Source: an uncultured Solirubrobacterales bacterium
Lineage (GTDB): Bacteria; Actinomycetota; Thermoleophilia; Solirubrobacterales; 70-9
Assembly (NCBI GenBank): GCA_963819715.1
Contig: CAWFXE010000001.1
Span: forward strand, 196,332 to 260,331
DNA: 64,000 bases
Direction of reading: 5' to 3'
Shown here: positions 18,388 to 31,730 of the stretch, in pieces
Numbering within the stretch: the first letter of the stretch is position 1
How the letters are laid out: each line of letters begins with the position of its first letter
Made by a program: the position numbers and the translations under genes
The notes under the pieces: model-generated
What the model saw: only the letters and a program-made list of their open reading frames with translations
Told to the model about the DNA's origin: nothing
Databases searched by the model: none

Positions 18388-19524
18388 CTATCCCCCGTCC
18401 GTGGTCGCTGCCACCTTCGCGGCCTCGTCGATGGCCGACTCGCACACCTCGAGCATCTCCACGATCGCGCCTTCCGTAACCGACTCTTCGGGAGTGTGGT
18501 TCGCTTCGGTCCCGTTGGCGAGGAGCACCGCCTCGTAGCCCGCCGCGACCAGGGCGTTGGCGTCGCTGCCGCCGCCGGTCGCGACCTCTTCCGGCTCGTG
18601 TCTGTTCCGCCTCAGCGCGTCGCTCGCGATTCGCACCGCCTCCGACTTGGGATCGAGCCGGTAGCCGCGGAACATCTCGATCACCTGCGCATCGACGTCG
18701 CAGCCGCTCTCCCCCGCAGCCCAGGTGCAGGCGTCGACCATCTCGCCGATCGTCGTCGCCGCCTTCTCCCCGTCGACGCTGCGTGCTTCGCCGAGGATCC
18801 GGCAGTGACCGGCGATGACGTTGGACGCCGTCCCGCCCTCGATGATCCCGATGTTCGCGGTCGTCTCCTCGTCGAGGCGCCCCAGCTTCATTCCCGCCAC
18901 GGCAGCCGCCGCCGCCGCGATCGCAGAGTGTCCGTCCTCGGGGTTGATCCCGGCGTGCGCCTCCTGTCCGGTGAAATCGGCGATCAGCCGCTTGTAGGTG
19001 GGCGCCGCGGTGATCACCTCTCCGATCGGCGTGGCGTGGTCGAGCACGTATCCGAACGGCGCCCGCAGCGCCGAGATATCGAGCTCCTTCGCGCCGCGCA
19101 GGCCGTCCTCCTCGGCGACGGTGAAGACGAGCTCCAGCCCCAGGGGCGCCGGGTCGGTGGCGTGGCGTGCGGCGAGCTCCATCAGGACGGTCACGGCAGC
19201 CTTGTTGTCGGCGCCGAGAATCGTGTCTCCCCGGGTGGAGAACCGGCCGTTCTCCCGCGCAACCTCGATCGGACCCTCGTGCGGAACGGTGTCGAGATGC
19301 GCGAAGAAGGAGACCCAGCCGTCCCCACTGCCCGGAACGCGAGCGATCAGGTTGCCGGCCGCGGCCTGCGCCGCCTCAGCGGACCCGTCCTCGGCGACGT
19401 CAATCCCGAGCTCGCGCAGCTCGGCAACGACCGCATCGGCAACCTGACGCTCCTCACCCGTGGGACTCGCGATCTCGCAGAGCCGCACGAAACGGTCGAG
19501 TATGCGCTGGTCATCCGCGGTCAC
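18388..19524 (-). CDS. M20-family metallopeptidase
   Basis: ORF of 378 aa with FFAHLDTVPH and GADNKAAV. Confidence 0.75.
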   Translation of the reverse strand: MTADDQRILDRFVRLCEIASPTGEERQVADAVVAELRELGIDVAEDGSAEAAQAAAGNLIARVPGSGDGWVSFFAHLDTVPHEGPIEVARENGRFSTRGDTILGADNKAAVTVLMELAARHATDPAPLGLELVFTVAEEDGLRGAKELDISALRAPFGYVLDHATPIGEVITAAPTYKRLIADFTGQEAHAGINPEDGHSAIAAAAAAVAGMKLGRLDEETTANIGIIEGGTASNVIAGHCRILGEARSVDGEKAATTIGEMVDACTWAAGESGCDVDAQVIEMFRGYRLDPKSEAVRIASDALRRNRHEPEEVATGGGSDANALVAAGYEAVLLANGTEANHTPEESVTEGAIVEMLEVCESAIDEAAKVAATTDGG

Positions 19525-19584
19525 GATCGCGACAGGCTATGACGCGGGGCGCGCGAGCGCCAGCCGCGCTGATAGAAGACCTGC

Positions 19585-23388
<3,804 letters not shown>

Positions 23389-23413
23389 CCGCAGAGCCTA
23401 TGCAGCCAGGAGC

Positions 23414-25090
23414 TCAGGCGGCGCGGAGCAGCTCTCGCGCGTGGCGATCTGCGGCCTCGTCACCGTCGCTCCCGCCGAGCATCCGAACGATCTCGGCGAC
23501 CAAGCCCTCCCCATCCACTCGCTCCACCCGTGCCGTCGACTGGCCCGCGTCGACGCTCTTCTCGATTCGGAAGTGCGTGTCGGCCATCGAGGCGACCTGG
23601 GGCAGGTGGGTGATGCAGAGCACCTGGCGCTCGGAGCCCAGGCTCCGCAGCCGCTCGCCGACCGCCTTCGCGGTGTTGCCGCCGATGCCCGCGTCGATCT
23701 CGTCGAAGACGTAGGTCCCAGCGCCGCCGCGAGCGCCCTGTCCGGCGAGCGCCAGCATCACCCGCGAGAGCTCCCCTCCGGAGGCCGCCTCCCGCAGCGG
23801 CGAGATGGGCATCCCGGGGTTTGTCGCGACCTGGAAGGTCACCCGCTCCTGGCCGAGCGCGCCGAAGCCGTCGGGATGCGGATCGAGCGTCACCTCGAGC
23901 TTCGCCCCGCTCATCGCCAGCTGGTCGAGTTCTGCCGCCACGCTCTTCTGGAGCCGCCGCGCGGCCTTCGCCCGGACCTCGCTGAGCTGGGCGGCGAGAT
24001 CAGTGCGCTTGCGCTGCGCCCCGGCGAGCTCGGACTCCAGGCGGTCAGTCGTCTCCTCCGCCCCCTCGATCGTCTCGATCTCCGCGCGGCAGTGCTCGGC
24101 GTGCGCCAGAACGGACTCGATGGTCCCGCCGTGCTTGCGCTTGAGGCGGTCCAGCACATCGAGTCGCTCCTCGACCTGCTCCAGCCGGCCCGGCTCCGCC
24201 TCGATCCCCTCCGCGTAGCCGCGCAGCTCCACCGCGAGCTCCTGGAGCTCGACCCGGAGGCCGCGTGCCACCTCCGCCAGCTTGTCGAGCTCGGCGTCGA
24301 CGCCCTCCTGGGCGCCCAGCGCGGACTCCGCCGAGCCCATCGCCTCCGATGCGCCGCCGTCGCCGTCACAGGTCACGGCGGCGAGTGCCTCCGACGCCGC
24401 CCCGCGCAAGACCTCCGCGTGGCGGAGCCGGTCGCGCTCCGGCGCCAGGTCCGCCTCCTCGGCGGGATCCGGCTTGGCGGCCTCGATCTCCTCCAGCTCG
24501 AAGCGCAGGATGTCGAGGTCACGCTCGCGGGCCCCGTCGCGCTCGCGGATTCCGGCCAGCTCCCGCTCGATCCGGACCACCTCGGCATGCGCCTCGCGAT
24601 ACTTCCGGCGCCGCTCCAGATGGTCCTCGCCGGCGAAGCCGTCAAGAGTCTCGAGCTGCGCGCCGGCGAGCGTCAGCTTACGGTGCTCGTGCTGGCCGTA
24701 GAAGGCGAGGAGCCGCGAGCCCAGGGCCTGCAGCTCGGGCGCAGATGCGGAGCGGCCCGCGAGGAAGGCGCTGGTCCGGCCGCTCGCCGAGACGCGCCGA
24801 CCGATCGCCAGCTCGGTCGCTCCCTCCGGCAGGCGGTCCCCGACGTCAGCCAGCTCGGGGTCGTCGAGCAGTCCCTTCGGCAGCTCGAAGACCCCCTCGA
24901 CGTAGGCCTCGCTCGCCCCCGGGCGGACGATGTGGCTCCGCGCCTTGCCGCCCATCAGCAGGTCGAAGGAGTGGGCGAGGATCGTCTTGCCCGCCCCGGT
25001 CTCGCCCGTGATCGCGTTCAGGCCCGGCCCGAGCCGGAGCTCGGCGCGTTCGATCAGAAGCAGGTTCTCGATTCGAAGCTCGAGGAGCAT
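23414..25090 (-). CDS. recN: DNA repair protein RecN
   Basis: ORF of 558 aa starting MLLELRIENLLLIE. It has the Walker A motif GETGAGKT, an SMC-like coiled coil, and SGGELSRVMLAL. Confidence 0.95.
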   Translation of the reverse strand: MLLELRIENLLLIERAELRLGPGLNAITGETGAGKTILAHSFDLLMGGKARSHIVRPGASEAYVEGVFELPKGLLDDPELADVGDRLPEGATELAIGRRVSASGRTSAFLAGRSASAPELQALGSRLLAFYGQHEHRKLTLAGAQLETLDGFAGEDHLERRRKYREAHAEVVRIERELAGIRERDGARERDLDILRFELEEIEAAKPDPAEEADLAPERDRLRHAEVLRGAASEALAAVTCDGDGGASEAMGSAESALGAQEGVDAELDKLAEVARGLRVELQELAVELRGYAEGIEAEPGRLEQVEERLDVLDRLKRKHGGTIESVLAHAEHCRAEIETIEGAEETTDRLESELAGAQRKRTDLAAQLSEVRAKAARRLQKSVAAELDQLAMSGAKLEVTLDPHPDGFGALGQERVTFQVATNPGMPISPLREAASGGELSRVMLALAGQGARGGAGTYVFDEIDAGIGGNTAKAVGERLRSLGSERQVLCITHLPQVASMADTHFRIEKSVDAGQSTARVERVDGEGLVAEIVRMLGGSDGDEAADRHARELLRAA

Positions 25091-25123
25091 GGGTCCCTCG
25101 TTCTAACGAGGGACCCCGACGGA

Positions 25124-26656
25124 TTACGCGGCGGCGGGTTCTTCCGCCTCCGCTGGTGCCTGCTGCGGTGCCCCATGCGGAACGAAGTCGCTCTGCCGGA
25201 CCAGAGCGACAACAGCGATCGCACCGGTGAACAGGATCAGCGCGCCGACCAGGAGGATGTCGTTGAAGGCGTCCGTGAAGGCGACCCCCGCAGCGTGGAA
25301 TGCCTGGTCGTGTAGCTGGGGCGGCGTCTGGTCGGCGGCCTGGGTTCCGCTCGCGGCCACGCCGTCGGCGAACCCGCTCGGCGCCCCTGGCAGCAACGTA
25401 TGGAGAGAGTCGGTGATCTTGCTCTGGAAAATGGCGCCAAGACCGGCGATCCCCGTTGAGACGCCGGCAATTCGCATCGTGTTGTTGATCCCCGAGGCCA
25501 TGCCCGAACGCGCCGCCGGCACGACCCCGAGCGCGGTCGAGGCGATCGACGGATTGGATAGGCCGATGCCGACACCACTGACTATGAATCCGGCGAGCAG
25601 GGTGGTCCAGTCGGAGTCCGGCTTGGCGCCTCGCATCAGCAGCAATCCGGTCCCGACCAGCGCCAGCCCGATGGTCAGCGGCACGCGCGCAGGGACCTTC
25701 GCGACCAGATTGCGGGTGACGAGCGGCACGATGAACGCGAACAGCGTCAGCGGCAGGAAGCGAACGCCGGCCTGGAGCGGCGTCATCCCGATCACGCTCT
25801 GCATGTAGATCGTGATGTAGAGGAACATCGCGAACATCCCGGCGCCGATCGCGAAGGTTCCGTAGGAGACGCCCGAGAACGCCGGCTTGCGAAACAGGCT
25901 GAGGTCGAACATCGCGTGATCCTGGCGCCACTCGAAGAGCACGAACGCGACGAGCAGGACGACTGAGGCGACCAGCGAGCCGACGATCAGGCCGCTGCCC
26001 CAGCCTTCCGCGTTCCCGCGCAACAGCCCGAAGATCAGCGCGAAGAGCCCGCCCGAGAAGGTGATCAGGCCCGCCCAGTCGAGGCGCTTGGCATCCGGAT
26101 CGCGAGACTCGCCGGCCTGGGTCCGGGCGAGGATCACGGTGCCGATCCCGATCGGGACGTTCACGAAGAAGATCCACTCCCAGCCGAACCCGTCGGTGAG
26201 CGCTCCACCGACCAGCGGCCCGACCGCGACCGCGCCGCCGATCGTCGCGCCCCAAGCGGCGATCGCGGTGCCGCGCTCCGGACCCTGGAACTCCTGCGCG
26301 ATCAGCGCGAGCGAAGTCGCGAACATGGCCGCGCCCCCGATGCCCTGAAGGCCCCGTGCCACATGGAGGAAGGTGTCGCTCGTAGCGAGCCCGCAGAGCA
26401 GCGATGCGACCGTGAACAGCCCGACGCCGATGATGAACAGCCGCCGCCGCCCGAAGCGGTCGGCGAGCGTCCCCATGGTCAGGGTGAAAGCGGAGAGCAG
26501 CAGCGTGTAGGCGTCGACCACCCATTGCAGACCGGTGAGATCCGTGTGCAGGTCCTGCTGGATCTTGGGCAGCGCCACGTTGACGACGGTGATGTCCAGC
26601 AGCAACATGAACGTCGCCAGGCAGACCGCGAGCAAGCTCCACCACTTACGTTCCAT
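25124..26656 (-). CDS. MFS transporter, DHA2 (EmrB/QacA, 14-TMS) type
   Basis: ORF of 510 aa with LDITVVNVALP and GTLADRFGRRRLF. Confidence 0.85.
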   Translation of the reverse strand: MERKWWSLLAVCLATFMLLLDITVVNVALPKIQQDLHTDLTGLQWVVDAYTLLLSAFTLTMGTLADRFGRRRLFIIGVGLFTVASLLCGLATSDTFLHVARGLQGIGGAAMFATSLALIAQEFQGPERGTAIAAWGATIGGAVAVGPLVGGALTDGFGWEWIFFVNVPIGIGTVILARTQAGESRDPDAKRLDWAGLITFSGGLFALIFGLLRGNAEGWGSGLIVGSLVASVVLLVAFVLFEWRQDHAMFDLSLFRKPAFSGVSYGTFAIGAGMFAMFLYITIYMQSVIGMTPLQAGVRFLPLTLFAFIVPLVTRNLVAKVPARVPLTIGLALVGTGLLLMRGAKPDSDWTTLLAGFIVSGVGIGLSNPSIASTALGVVPAARSGMASGINNTMRIAGVSTGIAGLGAIFQSKITDSLHTLLPGAPSGFADGVAASGTQAADQTPPQLHDQAFHAAGVAFTDAFNDILLVGALILFTGAIAVVALVRQSDFVPHGAPQQAPAEAEEPAAA

Positions 26657-26675
26657 CAGGCACCTCCGGCCCAGA

Positions 26676-26698
26676 GATCATCAGTTGCACTGACGATC
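26676..26698. promoter_or_regulatory. imperfect palindrome in the MFS/MarR divergent intergenic region (candidate MarR operator)
   Basis: GATCATCAGT-TGC-ACTGACGATC has 9 of 10 arm positions complementary. It lies between divergent starts at 26656 and 26722. Confidence 0.4.
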
Positions 26699-26721
26699 AG
26701 AATAATAGATAATCAGGAGCC

Positions 26722-27177
26722 ATGTCGCCCGCCGCCGACACCGCAACCGACTCCATACCCGTTTCGCTCGCCGACCAAATCGGCTATCTGCTTTCGAAGT
26801 CCCACCTCCGCGTTCACAACGCCGCCAACGAGGCGCTCGAGCCGCTGGGACTGCACGTCAAGCACTATGGGCTGCTCACTCTGCTGGTCCACGAGGGCCC
26901 GGTCTCGCAGGGCCGCCTCGGCGAGGTCATGCGGATCGACAGGACCACGATGGTCGCCCTGATCGACGACCTCGAGCGCGCAGGACACGTCGACCGCACA
27001 CGCAACCCCGAGGATCGCCGCGCCTACGCGCTGGCGGCGACCGCCTCCGGCAAGCGGGTCCAGGGCAAGGCGGCCACGCTGATGAAGCGGGTCTACGACG
27101 AGACGCTCTCCCCCCTCTCCGCGGACGAGCGGGTCGAGCTGCAGCGGATGCTGCAGGCGATCGTCGCCGGTGGCTAG
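26722..27177 (+). CDS. MarR-family transcriptional regulator
   Basis: ORF of 151 aa. The winged-HTH region reads QGRLGEVMRIDRTTMVALIDDLERAGHVDRTRNPEDRR. Confidence 0.85.
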   Translation: MSPAADTATDSIPVSLADQIGYLLSKSHLRVHNAANEALEPLGLHVKHYGLLTLLVHEGPVSQGRLGEVMRIDRTTMVALIDDLERAGHVDRTRNPEDRRAYALAATASGKRVQGKAATLMKRVYDETLSPLSADERVELQRMLQAIVAGG

Positions 27178-28013
27178 GCGAGCATCCCGAACTTCTCCCG
27201 GATGCGCCGGTAGAAGCTCCGGCCCGGCAGCTGGGCGAGGCAGCTGACCGACTCCTCGAAGCGAATCTCGAGCTCGTCGCCCGGCGCGAGCTCTCCGGCC
27301 GGCTCACCGTCGAGCGAGATCTCGACCGGCTCCCGCCCCTCGGCATTGCGCACCTGAAGCGCATCGTTGGGCGCGACGACGAGCGCCCTGGCGGCGAGCG
27401 TGTGCGGGGCGATGAAGCTGACCACGTAGCCCTTCACGCCCCAGGCCAGTATCGGGCCCGCGTTTGCGAGGTTGTACCCCGTCGACCCGGCCGGGGTCGC
27501 GGCCACCAGCCCGTCGCAGCGGACGCTCCCCACCTCCTCGTCGCCGATCGCATACGAGAGCTCCGCCACTCGCCCGTGCGGCCGCCTCACGAAGCTGACG
27601 TCGTTCAGCCCGACGGGCATCTCGAGCGGCAGATTGACCCGGAGCGCCGGCAAGTCCATGGCCTCGAAGTCGCCCTTGAAGGCCCGCTCGAGCCCGGATT
27701 CGAGGTCCTCTCGCTCCACCGCGGCGAGGAAGCCGACGGTCCCGAAGTTGATGCCGAAGACCGGTACCCCGGTGCCGGAAAAGCGGCGCAGCGCGTAGAG
27801 GATGCTGCCGTCGCCGCCGAGGACGATGCAGACATCGGGTCGCTCGCCATCGCCGGCGCCCTCGACCCCGGCTGCCGCCTTGCCATGCTTTTCGATCTCA
27901 TCGGGCGTGCAGATGAGCTGAACGCCGGCTGACCTCGCCGCCTCGACGGTCTTCGCAACGGCCTCAGCGGAAGCCTCCGGGTGAGTGTGGGTGATCAGCA
28001 TCGCCCTCATCAC
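27174..28013 (-). CDS. nadK: NAD+ kinase
   Basis: ORF of 279 aa with VLGGDGSILYA and NFGTVGFL. Confidence 0.9.
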   Translation of the reverse strand: MMRAMLITHTHPEASAEAVAKTVEAARSAGVQLICTPDEIEKHGKAAAGVEGAGDGERPDVCIVLGGDGSILYALRRFSGTGVPVFGINFGTVGFLAAVEREDLESGLERAFKGDFEAMDLPALRVNLPLEMPVGLNDVSFVRRPHGRVAELSYAIGDEEVGSVRCDGLVAATPAGSTGYNLANAGPILAWGVKGYVVSFIAPHTLAARALVVAPNDALQVRNAEGREPVEISLDGEPAGELAPGDELEIRFEESVSCLAQLPGRSFYRRIREKFGMLA

Positions 28014-28792
28014 GGCTCCACCTCCTCGAGCGCCGCATCGAGGTCGACCTCATCGCCGGAGCGGGACGCCCAGACGAAGGTCTCGCGATTTCCCTTCGGG
28101 CCTGGCAGACCTGAGGAGGCCACTCCCCGAACCGCGAGGGCCTCCTTCCGCACAGCCTCGGCGACCTTGCGGATCGCATCGCGGCGATCGCTCGCGTCGC
28201 GAACGACGCCGCCCTTCCCGACCTTCTCCTTGCCGAGCTCGAACTGCGGCTTGACCAGGGCCAGGAGATCGAACTCGTCGGCCGCGGTGGCCACGATCGG
28301 CGCGATCAGCATCGCCAGGGAGATGAAGGAGACGTCCACGGTGATCAGCTGGGGGCGAAAAGGCAGGTAGGAGTCTCCCAGGGCGCGGGCATTGAGCCTC
28401 TCCATCACCAGCACGCGCGAGTCCTGTCGCAGCCGCCAGTCGAGCTGCCCGTAGCCGACGTCCACGGCGAGCACCGTCTGCGCCCCGCGCTGCAGCAGGC
28501 AGTCGGTGAAGCCACCGGTCGAGGCTCCGACATCCAGGCAGAGACGTCTCTCGACCTCGACGGGCAGCTCATCGAGAGCATTCTTCAGCTTGATCCCCCC
28601 TCGCGAGACGAACTCCTCGCCCTCGTCGACCACCAGGTCGGCCTTCTCGTCCACGAGCTCGCTCGGCTTCTCCACGGCGGCGCCGTCTTTGCCCAATCGC
28701 ACGCGGCCGGCCCGGACGGAGGCGGCCGCGGCCGTTCGCGACGGAGCCAGCCCGCGCTCGGCGAGCAGGGTGTCGGCACGACGGCGTGGCAT
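28010..28792 (-). CDS. tlyA: TlyA-family rRNA 2'-O-methyltransferase/hemolysin
   Basis: Internal start MPRRRADTLLAERGLAPSR (S4 domain). VSRGGIKL and DVGASTGGFTDCLL are present. Confidence 0.85.
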   Translation of the reverse strand: MPRRRADTLLAERGLAPSRTAAAASVRAGRVRLGKDGAAVEKPSELVDEKADLVVDEGEEFVSRGGIKLKNALDELPVEVERRLCLDVGASTGGFTDCLLQRGAQTVLAVDVGYGQLDWRLRQDSRVLVMERLNARALGDSYLPFRPQLITVDVSFISLAMLIAPIVATAADEFDLLALVKPQFELGKEKVGKGGVVRDASDRRDAIRKVAEAVRKEALAVRGVASSGLPGPKGNRETFVWASRSGDEVDLDAALEEVEP

Positions 28793-28862
28793 GCGCCAAC
28801 CGTACCTGCGGGTGGGCCGGCCTCGCGGGAGGCGATTGCCACGCCTGCCACTTGTCCTGGGT

Positions 28863-28897
28863 GTGACCGCGCTCACGCATAGGTCATCTTTGTAGAA
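28863..28897. repeat. left terminal inverted repeat
   Basis: GTGACCGCGCTCACGCATAGGTCATCTTTGTAGAA. The reverse complement of 31731-31765 differs at 3 positions. Confidence 0.6.
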
Positions 28898-29045
28898 GAG
28901 AAGGGATTGGCCCGACGCGTGGGAATAGGTCCGAGCGCCCCCGACCCCAGACGCAGGGTGGTGATTCGCACAGATCGGCAATCCATCCTCTGGGACCACC
29001 GGGGGCGCGCTACAAGCGGATTGACCTAGACGCGCGAGTGATTGG

Positions 29046-29723
29046 GTGTTGCCAAACACCGGGGACCGGTGCGATAGTCGGGACATGGACGGGGACGAGT
29101 CGCCGCAGCACGAGCCCGAAGACCAGGCGGAGCTAGAAGAAGACGACGACCAGTACGAACTGGCCTACGTCATCTTCACCACGCCGAATATCGATTTCCC
29201 GGAAGCCGAGGCGCTACTGGACGCGATGGGTCAGTGTGCGACTGCGAACATCGAAGAGGTCCATCTATTGATCTCGACGTTCGGAGGAAACGTCACCGCG
29301 GGGGTCAACGCGTACAACATTCTTCGCGGCATGCCCTTTCGCCTCGTGACGCACAACACCAGCGATGTCATGTCCATCGGGGTTGCCGTCTACCTCGCCG
29401 GCGACGAACGCCTCGTTTGCCCGGACGCCAAGTTCTTGACGCACGGAGTCACCCACAGAACGACGGGCCAGGCTTTTGGGGCGCAATGGTTTGGCGACAC
29501 GCGCAAACTGATCCTTGCCGACGAGGCCAAAATCAACGCGATCCTCGCGGATCGCACGTCGCTTTCGTTGGACGAACTGGACGCGGCCGCTGGCACTGAG
29601 CACACGCATGACGCCGACGCAGCCATCGCTAATGGCATCGCCCACCGGAAAGAGGACGTAGACATCCCCGCAGACGCCTTGGTCCTCACGGTGACGACTC
29701 GAAATACAGTCGTTGCCTCGTGA
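29046..29723 (+). CDS. ClpP/crotonase-fold serine protease-like protein
   Basis: ORF of 225 aa. LLISTFGGNVTAGVNAYNILRGMPFRLVTHNTSDVMSIGVAVYLAGDERLVCPDAKFLTHGV parallels ClpP INSPGG..AG..IYD...ASMG...IMIHQP. Candidate Ser (MSIG) and His (THG) residues are present. The N-terminus is acidic. Confidence 0.6.
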   Translation: MLPNTGDRCDSRDMDGDESPQHEPEDQAELEEDDDQYELAYVIFTTPNIDFPEAEALLDAMGQCATANIEEVHLLISTFGGNVTAGVNAYNILRGMPFRLVTHNTSDVMSIGVAVYLAGDERLVCPDAKFLTHGVTHRTTGQAFGAQWFGDTRKLILADEAKINAILADRTSLSLDELDAAAGTEHTHDADAAIANGIAHRKEDVDIPADALVLTVTTRNTVVAS

Positions 29724-29760
29724 GATTGAGAGGTTCGGAAACCGCACAGTCCACTCCTAC

Positions 29761-29803
29761 TGTCAAGTCCCTTGACAAATGCAGAACTGTCAAGTATCTT
29801 GAC
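29761..29803. promoter_or_regulatory. two tandem palindromes TGTCAAG-N3-CTTGAC(A) upstream of the transposase start
   Basis: They lie at 29761-29777 and 29788-29803, with centres 27 bp apart and about 70-110 bp upstream of the ATG at 29871. Confidence 0.4.
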
Positions 29804-29870
29804 GGTTGTGCCCCCTGCGAATCGCCATAACCCAACACGGCAAGCGTCCTCAGACTCGGACTACTCGCTG

Positions 29871-30746
29871 ATGGAGTTCATGCAGGAGTTCCCTGACGAT
29901 GCTGCCTGCCTGGAACACCTGTGGCGATCCCGCTACTCGGAGGACGGCGAACATGCCGACTGCCCCAAGTGCGAGCGGGAGCGGGTTTTCAAGAAGTACG
30001 CGACCAAGCAGGGCAGGCAGTCTTGGACTTGCACGGGCTGCGGGCATCACATCCACCCGACAGCGGGAACGATCTTCGCCAAGTCCTCTACGTCGCTGCA
30101 CCTTTGGTACTACGCGATGTATCTGATGGCCAGCACTCGCTGCGGGATCTCCGCCAAGCAGCTAGAGCGCGAGCTGGGCGTGTCCTACAAGACGGCGTGG
30201 CGCATGTTCAACAAGATTCGGAACCAACTGATGGCCGACGATGGCGAGCCGCTGTCCGGCGATGTAGAGATCGACGAAACCTCCACGGAAGGCCGACCGC
30301 GCAAGAAGATGAATCCGCGAGAGGCGGCGCAGTACCGCGAACGTAGTCGGCAAACCGTGATTGGCATGGTCGAGCGCGGGGGCAACGTCAGGCTCCGCGT
30401 GATCGCCTCTCGGCGGGGTGCGCCCCTGCGTAGTGCAGTTCGCGCCAACGTCGATCCTTCCGCGCTGATCTTCACGGACGATTGGCCCGCCTACAACTTC
30501 GTGGGCCGGGAGTTCCTGGGCCATAGTCGGATCAATCACTCGGCGGGCATCTACGTCGATGGCGACAACCACACGAACACGATCGAGGGCTTTTTCGGCA
30601 ACCTCAAGACTGGGATGCGTGGGACGTACAAGCATGTCTCGGCCAAGTGGTTGCAGTCCTATCTGGACGAATACGCCTACCGCTACAACCGCCGCCACGA
30701 TCCGCGAGCGATGTTCACGGGACTTCTGGACAAGGCTGCCAAGTGA
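29871..30746 (+). CDS. IS1595-family transposase (N-terminal zinc ribbon + DDE domain)
   Basis: Within ORF 29772..30746 the likely start is MEFMQEF. Motifs: CPKC...CTGCGH, ISAKQLERELGVSYKTAWRM, VEIDET, FTDDWPAYN and NTIEGFFGNLK. Confidence 0.85.
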   Translation: MEFMQEFPDDAACLEHLWRSRYSEDGEHADCPKCERERVFKKYATKQGRQSWTCTGCGHHIHPTAGTIFAKSSTSLHLWYYAMYLMASTRCGISAKQLERELGVSYKTAWRMFNKIRNQLMADDGEPLSGDVEIDETSTEGRPRKKMNPREAAQYRERSRQTVIGMVERGGNVRLRVIASRRGAPLRSAVRANVDPSALIFTDDWPAYNFVGREFLGHSRINHSAGIYVDGDNHTNTIEGFFGNLKTGMRGTYKHVSAKWLQSYLDEYAYRYNRRHDPRAMFTGLLDKAAK

Positions 30747-30943
30747 CCAACGACGAAGCCATCAGGGGCATCAAGCAGGCCGCTAGGAAGCGCGAGAGAG
30801 CGGCTAAGGCCCGACAGGAAGCGACTGAGGAACTACGGCGCTACGTCGAGGCGGCACAAGCAGCCGGCGTTTCAATCAGTCAGATTGCTCGCGAGGCGGA
30901 TCTGTCTCGGCAGGGCGTTTACGACCTACTCGCCCACCAGTAA
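30743..30943 (+). CDS. small HTH protein translationally coupled to the transposase
   Basis: The GTG at 30743 overlaps the transposase TGA (GTGA). The translation is VTNDEAIRG...AGVSISQIAREADLSRQGVYDLLAHQ. Confidence 0.5.
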   Translation: MTNDEAIRGIKQAARKRERAAKARQEATEELRRYVEAAQAAGVSISQIAREADLSRQGVYDLLAHQ

Positions 30944-31052
30944 CGCGCTCCAAGAGCGAGTCAAAGTCTTTGCGCTTTGGAACGGGAATCTCCGTTCCCT
31001 TGGGCGTGCGCTGCTTACGCTGTCGCTTCGCCATCACGAATGAGAGTACTGC

Positions 31053-31604
31053 GTGGACTCCCACAGACTGACCGTCTACAAGGTCGAACTGAAATCGCAA
31101 TTGGAACTGGCAGCAATAGCCGCTGACGACCTAGAGACTGCGCGACAGAACAAGGCACCCGGGACGCTCTGGTACGCGCTCCAAGGAATTCTGATGATCG
31201 CCGGAAACGTCTCCAAGCTGCTTTGGGGCTCGTCGGGAACCGAGGAGCAGAGAAAGGCGCGAGAGCCCTTGCGAAAGGCATCGGGCGTGGCTGACGATTC
31301 ACCGCTGCGTCCACGGAAGGTGCGCAACGCTTTTGAGCACTTCGACGAACGCATCGAGGAGTGGTACGAAGTAGGCGATATCGCGACGTTTGTCTCGCGA
31401 AGCGTCGGATCAGGAACCAACGAAGTAATCAGGGGGCATGGCGTTCCGCATGCCTTCGGCAACTACAATCCACGAAACGGAATCGTTCGCTTCTGGGACC
31501 ACGAGGTTTCAATCCCCGATCTCGTGACCGAAATGGACGCGATCTGGGACCGCCTTTGGCCCGACGAGAAGCGTCGGCTTAGGCCACCAGCACCGGGCCC
31601 CTGA
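31053..31604 (+). CDS. hypothetical alpha-helical protein with HEPN-like Rx4H motif (RNAFEH)
   Basis: ORF of 183 aa starting at GTG. An in-frame TGA at 31041 limits the N-terminus. The motif R91-N-A-F-E-H96 follows predicted helices. The HEPN assignment is an inference only. Confidence 0.4.
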   Translation: MDSHRLTVYKVELKSQLELAAIAADDLETARQNKAPGTLWYALQGILMIAGNVSKLLWGSSGTEEQRKAREPLRKASGVADDSPLRPRKVRNAFEHFDERIEEWYEVGDIATFVSRSVGSGTNEVIRGHGVPHAFGNYNPRNGIVRFWDHEVSIPDLVTEMDAIWDRLWPDEKRRLRPPAPGP

Positions 31605-31730
31605 CGGGTGCGGCCACTCCGTATCGCAGTGCTCGGCGTGGTTCGCCTTCCACTGGAGTTCTAGCTCGGCTCGTAGCTCGGTGTTCTCTCGCTGCAGGGC
31701 GGCAAGTTCGTGCGTAGCGGGCTTGTCAGT

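Noticed and set aside
30876-31034. Basic 52-aa minus-strand ORF MAKRQRKQRTPKGTEIPVPKRKDFDSLLERV..., divergent from the HEPN-motif gene (possible antitoxin)
   Set aside because: Its 3' part is antisense to the better-supported small HTH gene. Only 18 bp separate it from the divergent start. No family recognised. It is mentioned only as a candidate.
31610-31710. Minus-strand peptide ELAALQRENTELRAELELQWKANHAEH, resembling the leucine-zipper end of IS3-type OrfA
   Set aside because: It is shorter than 60 aa, has no start or rest of a transposase, and leucine-zipper-like heptads are common. It is left unannotated.
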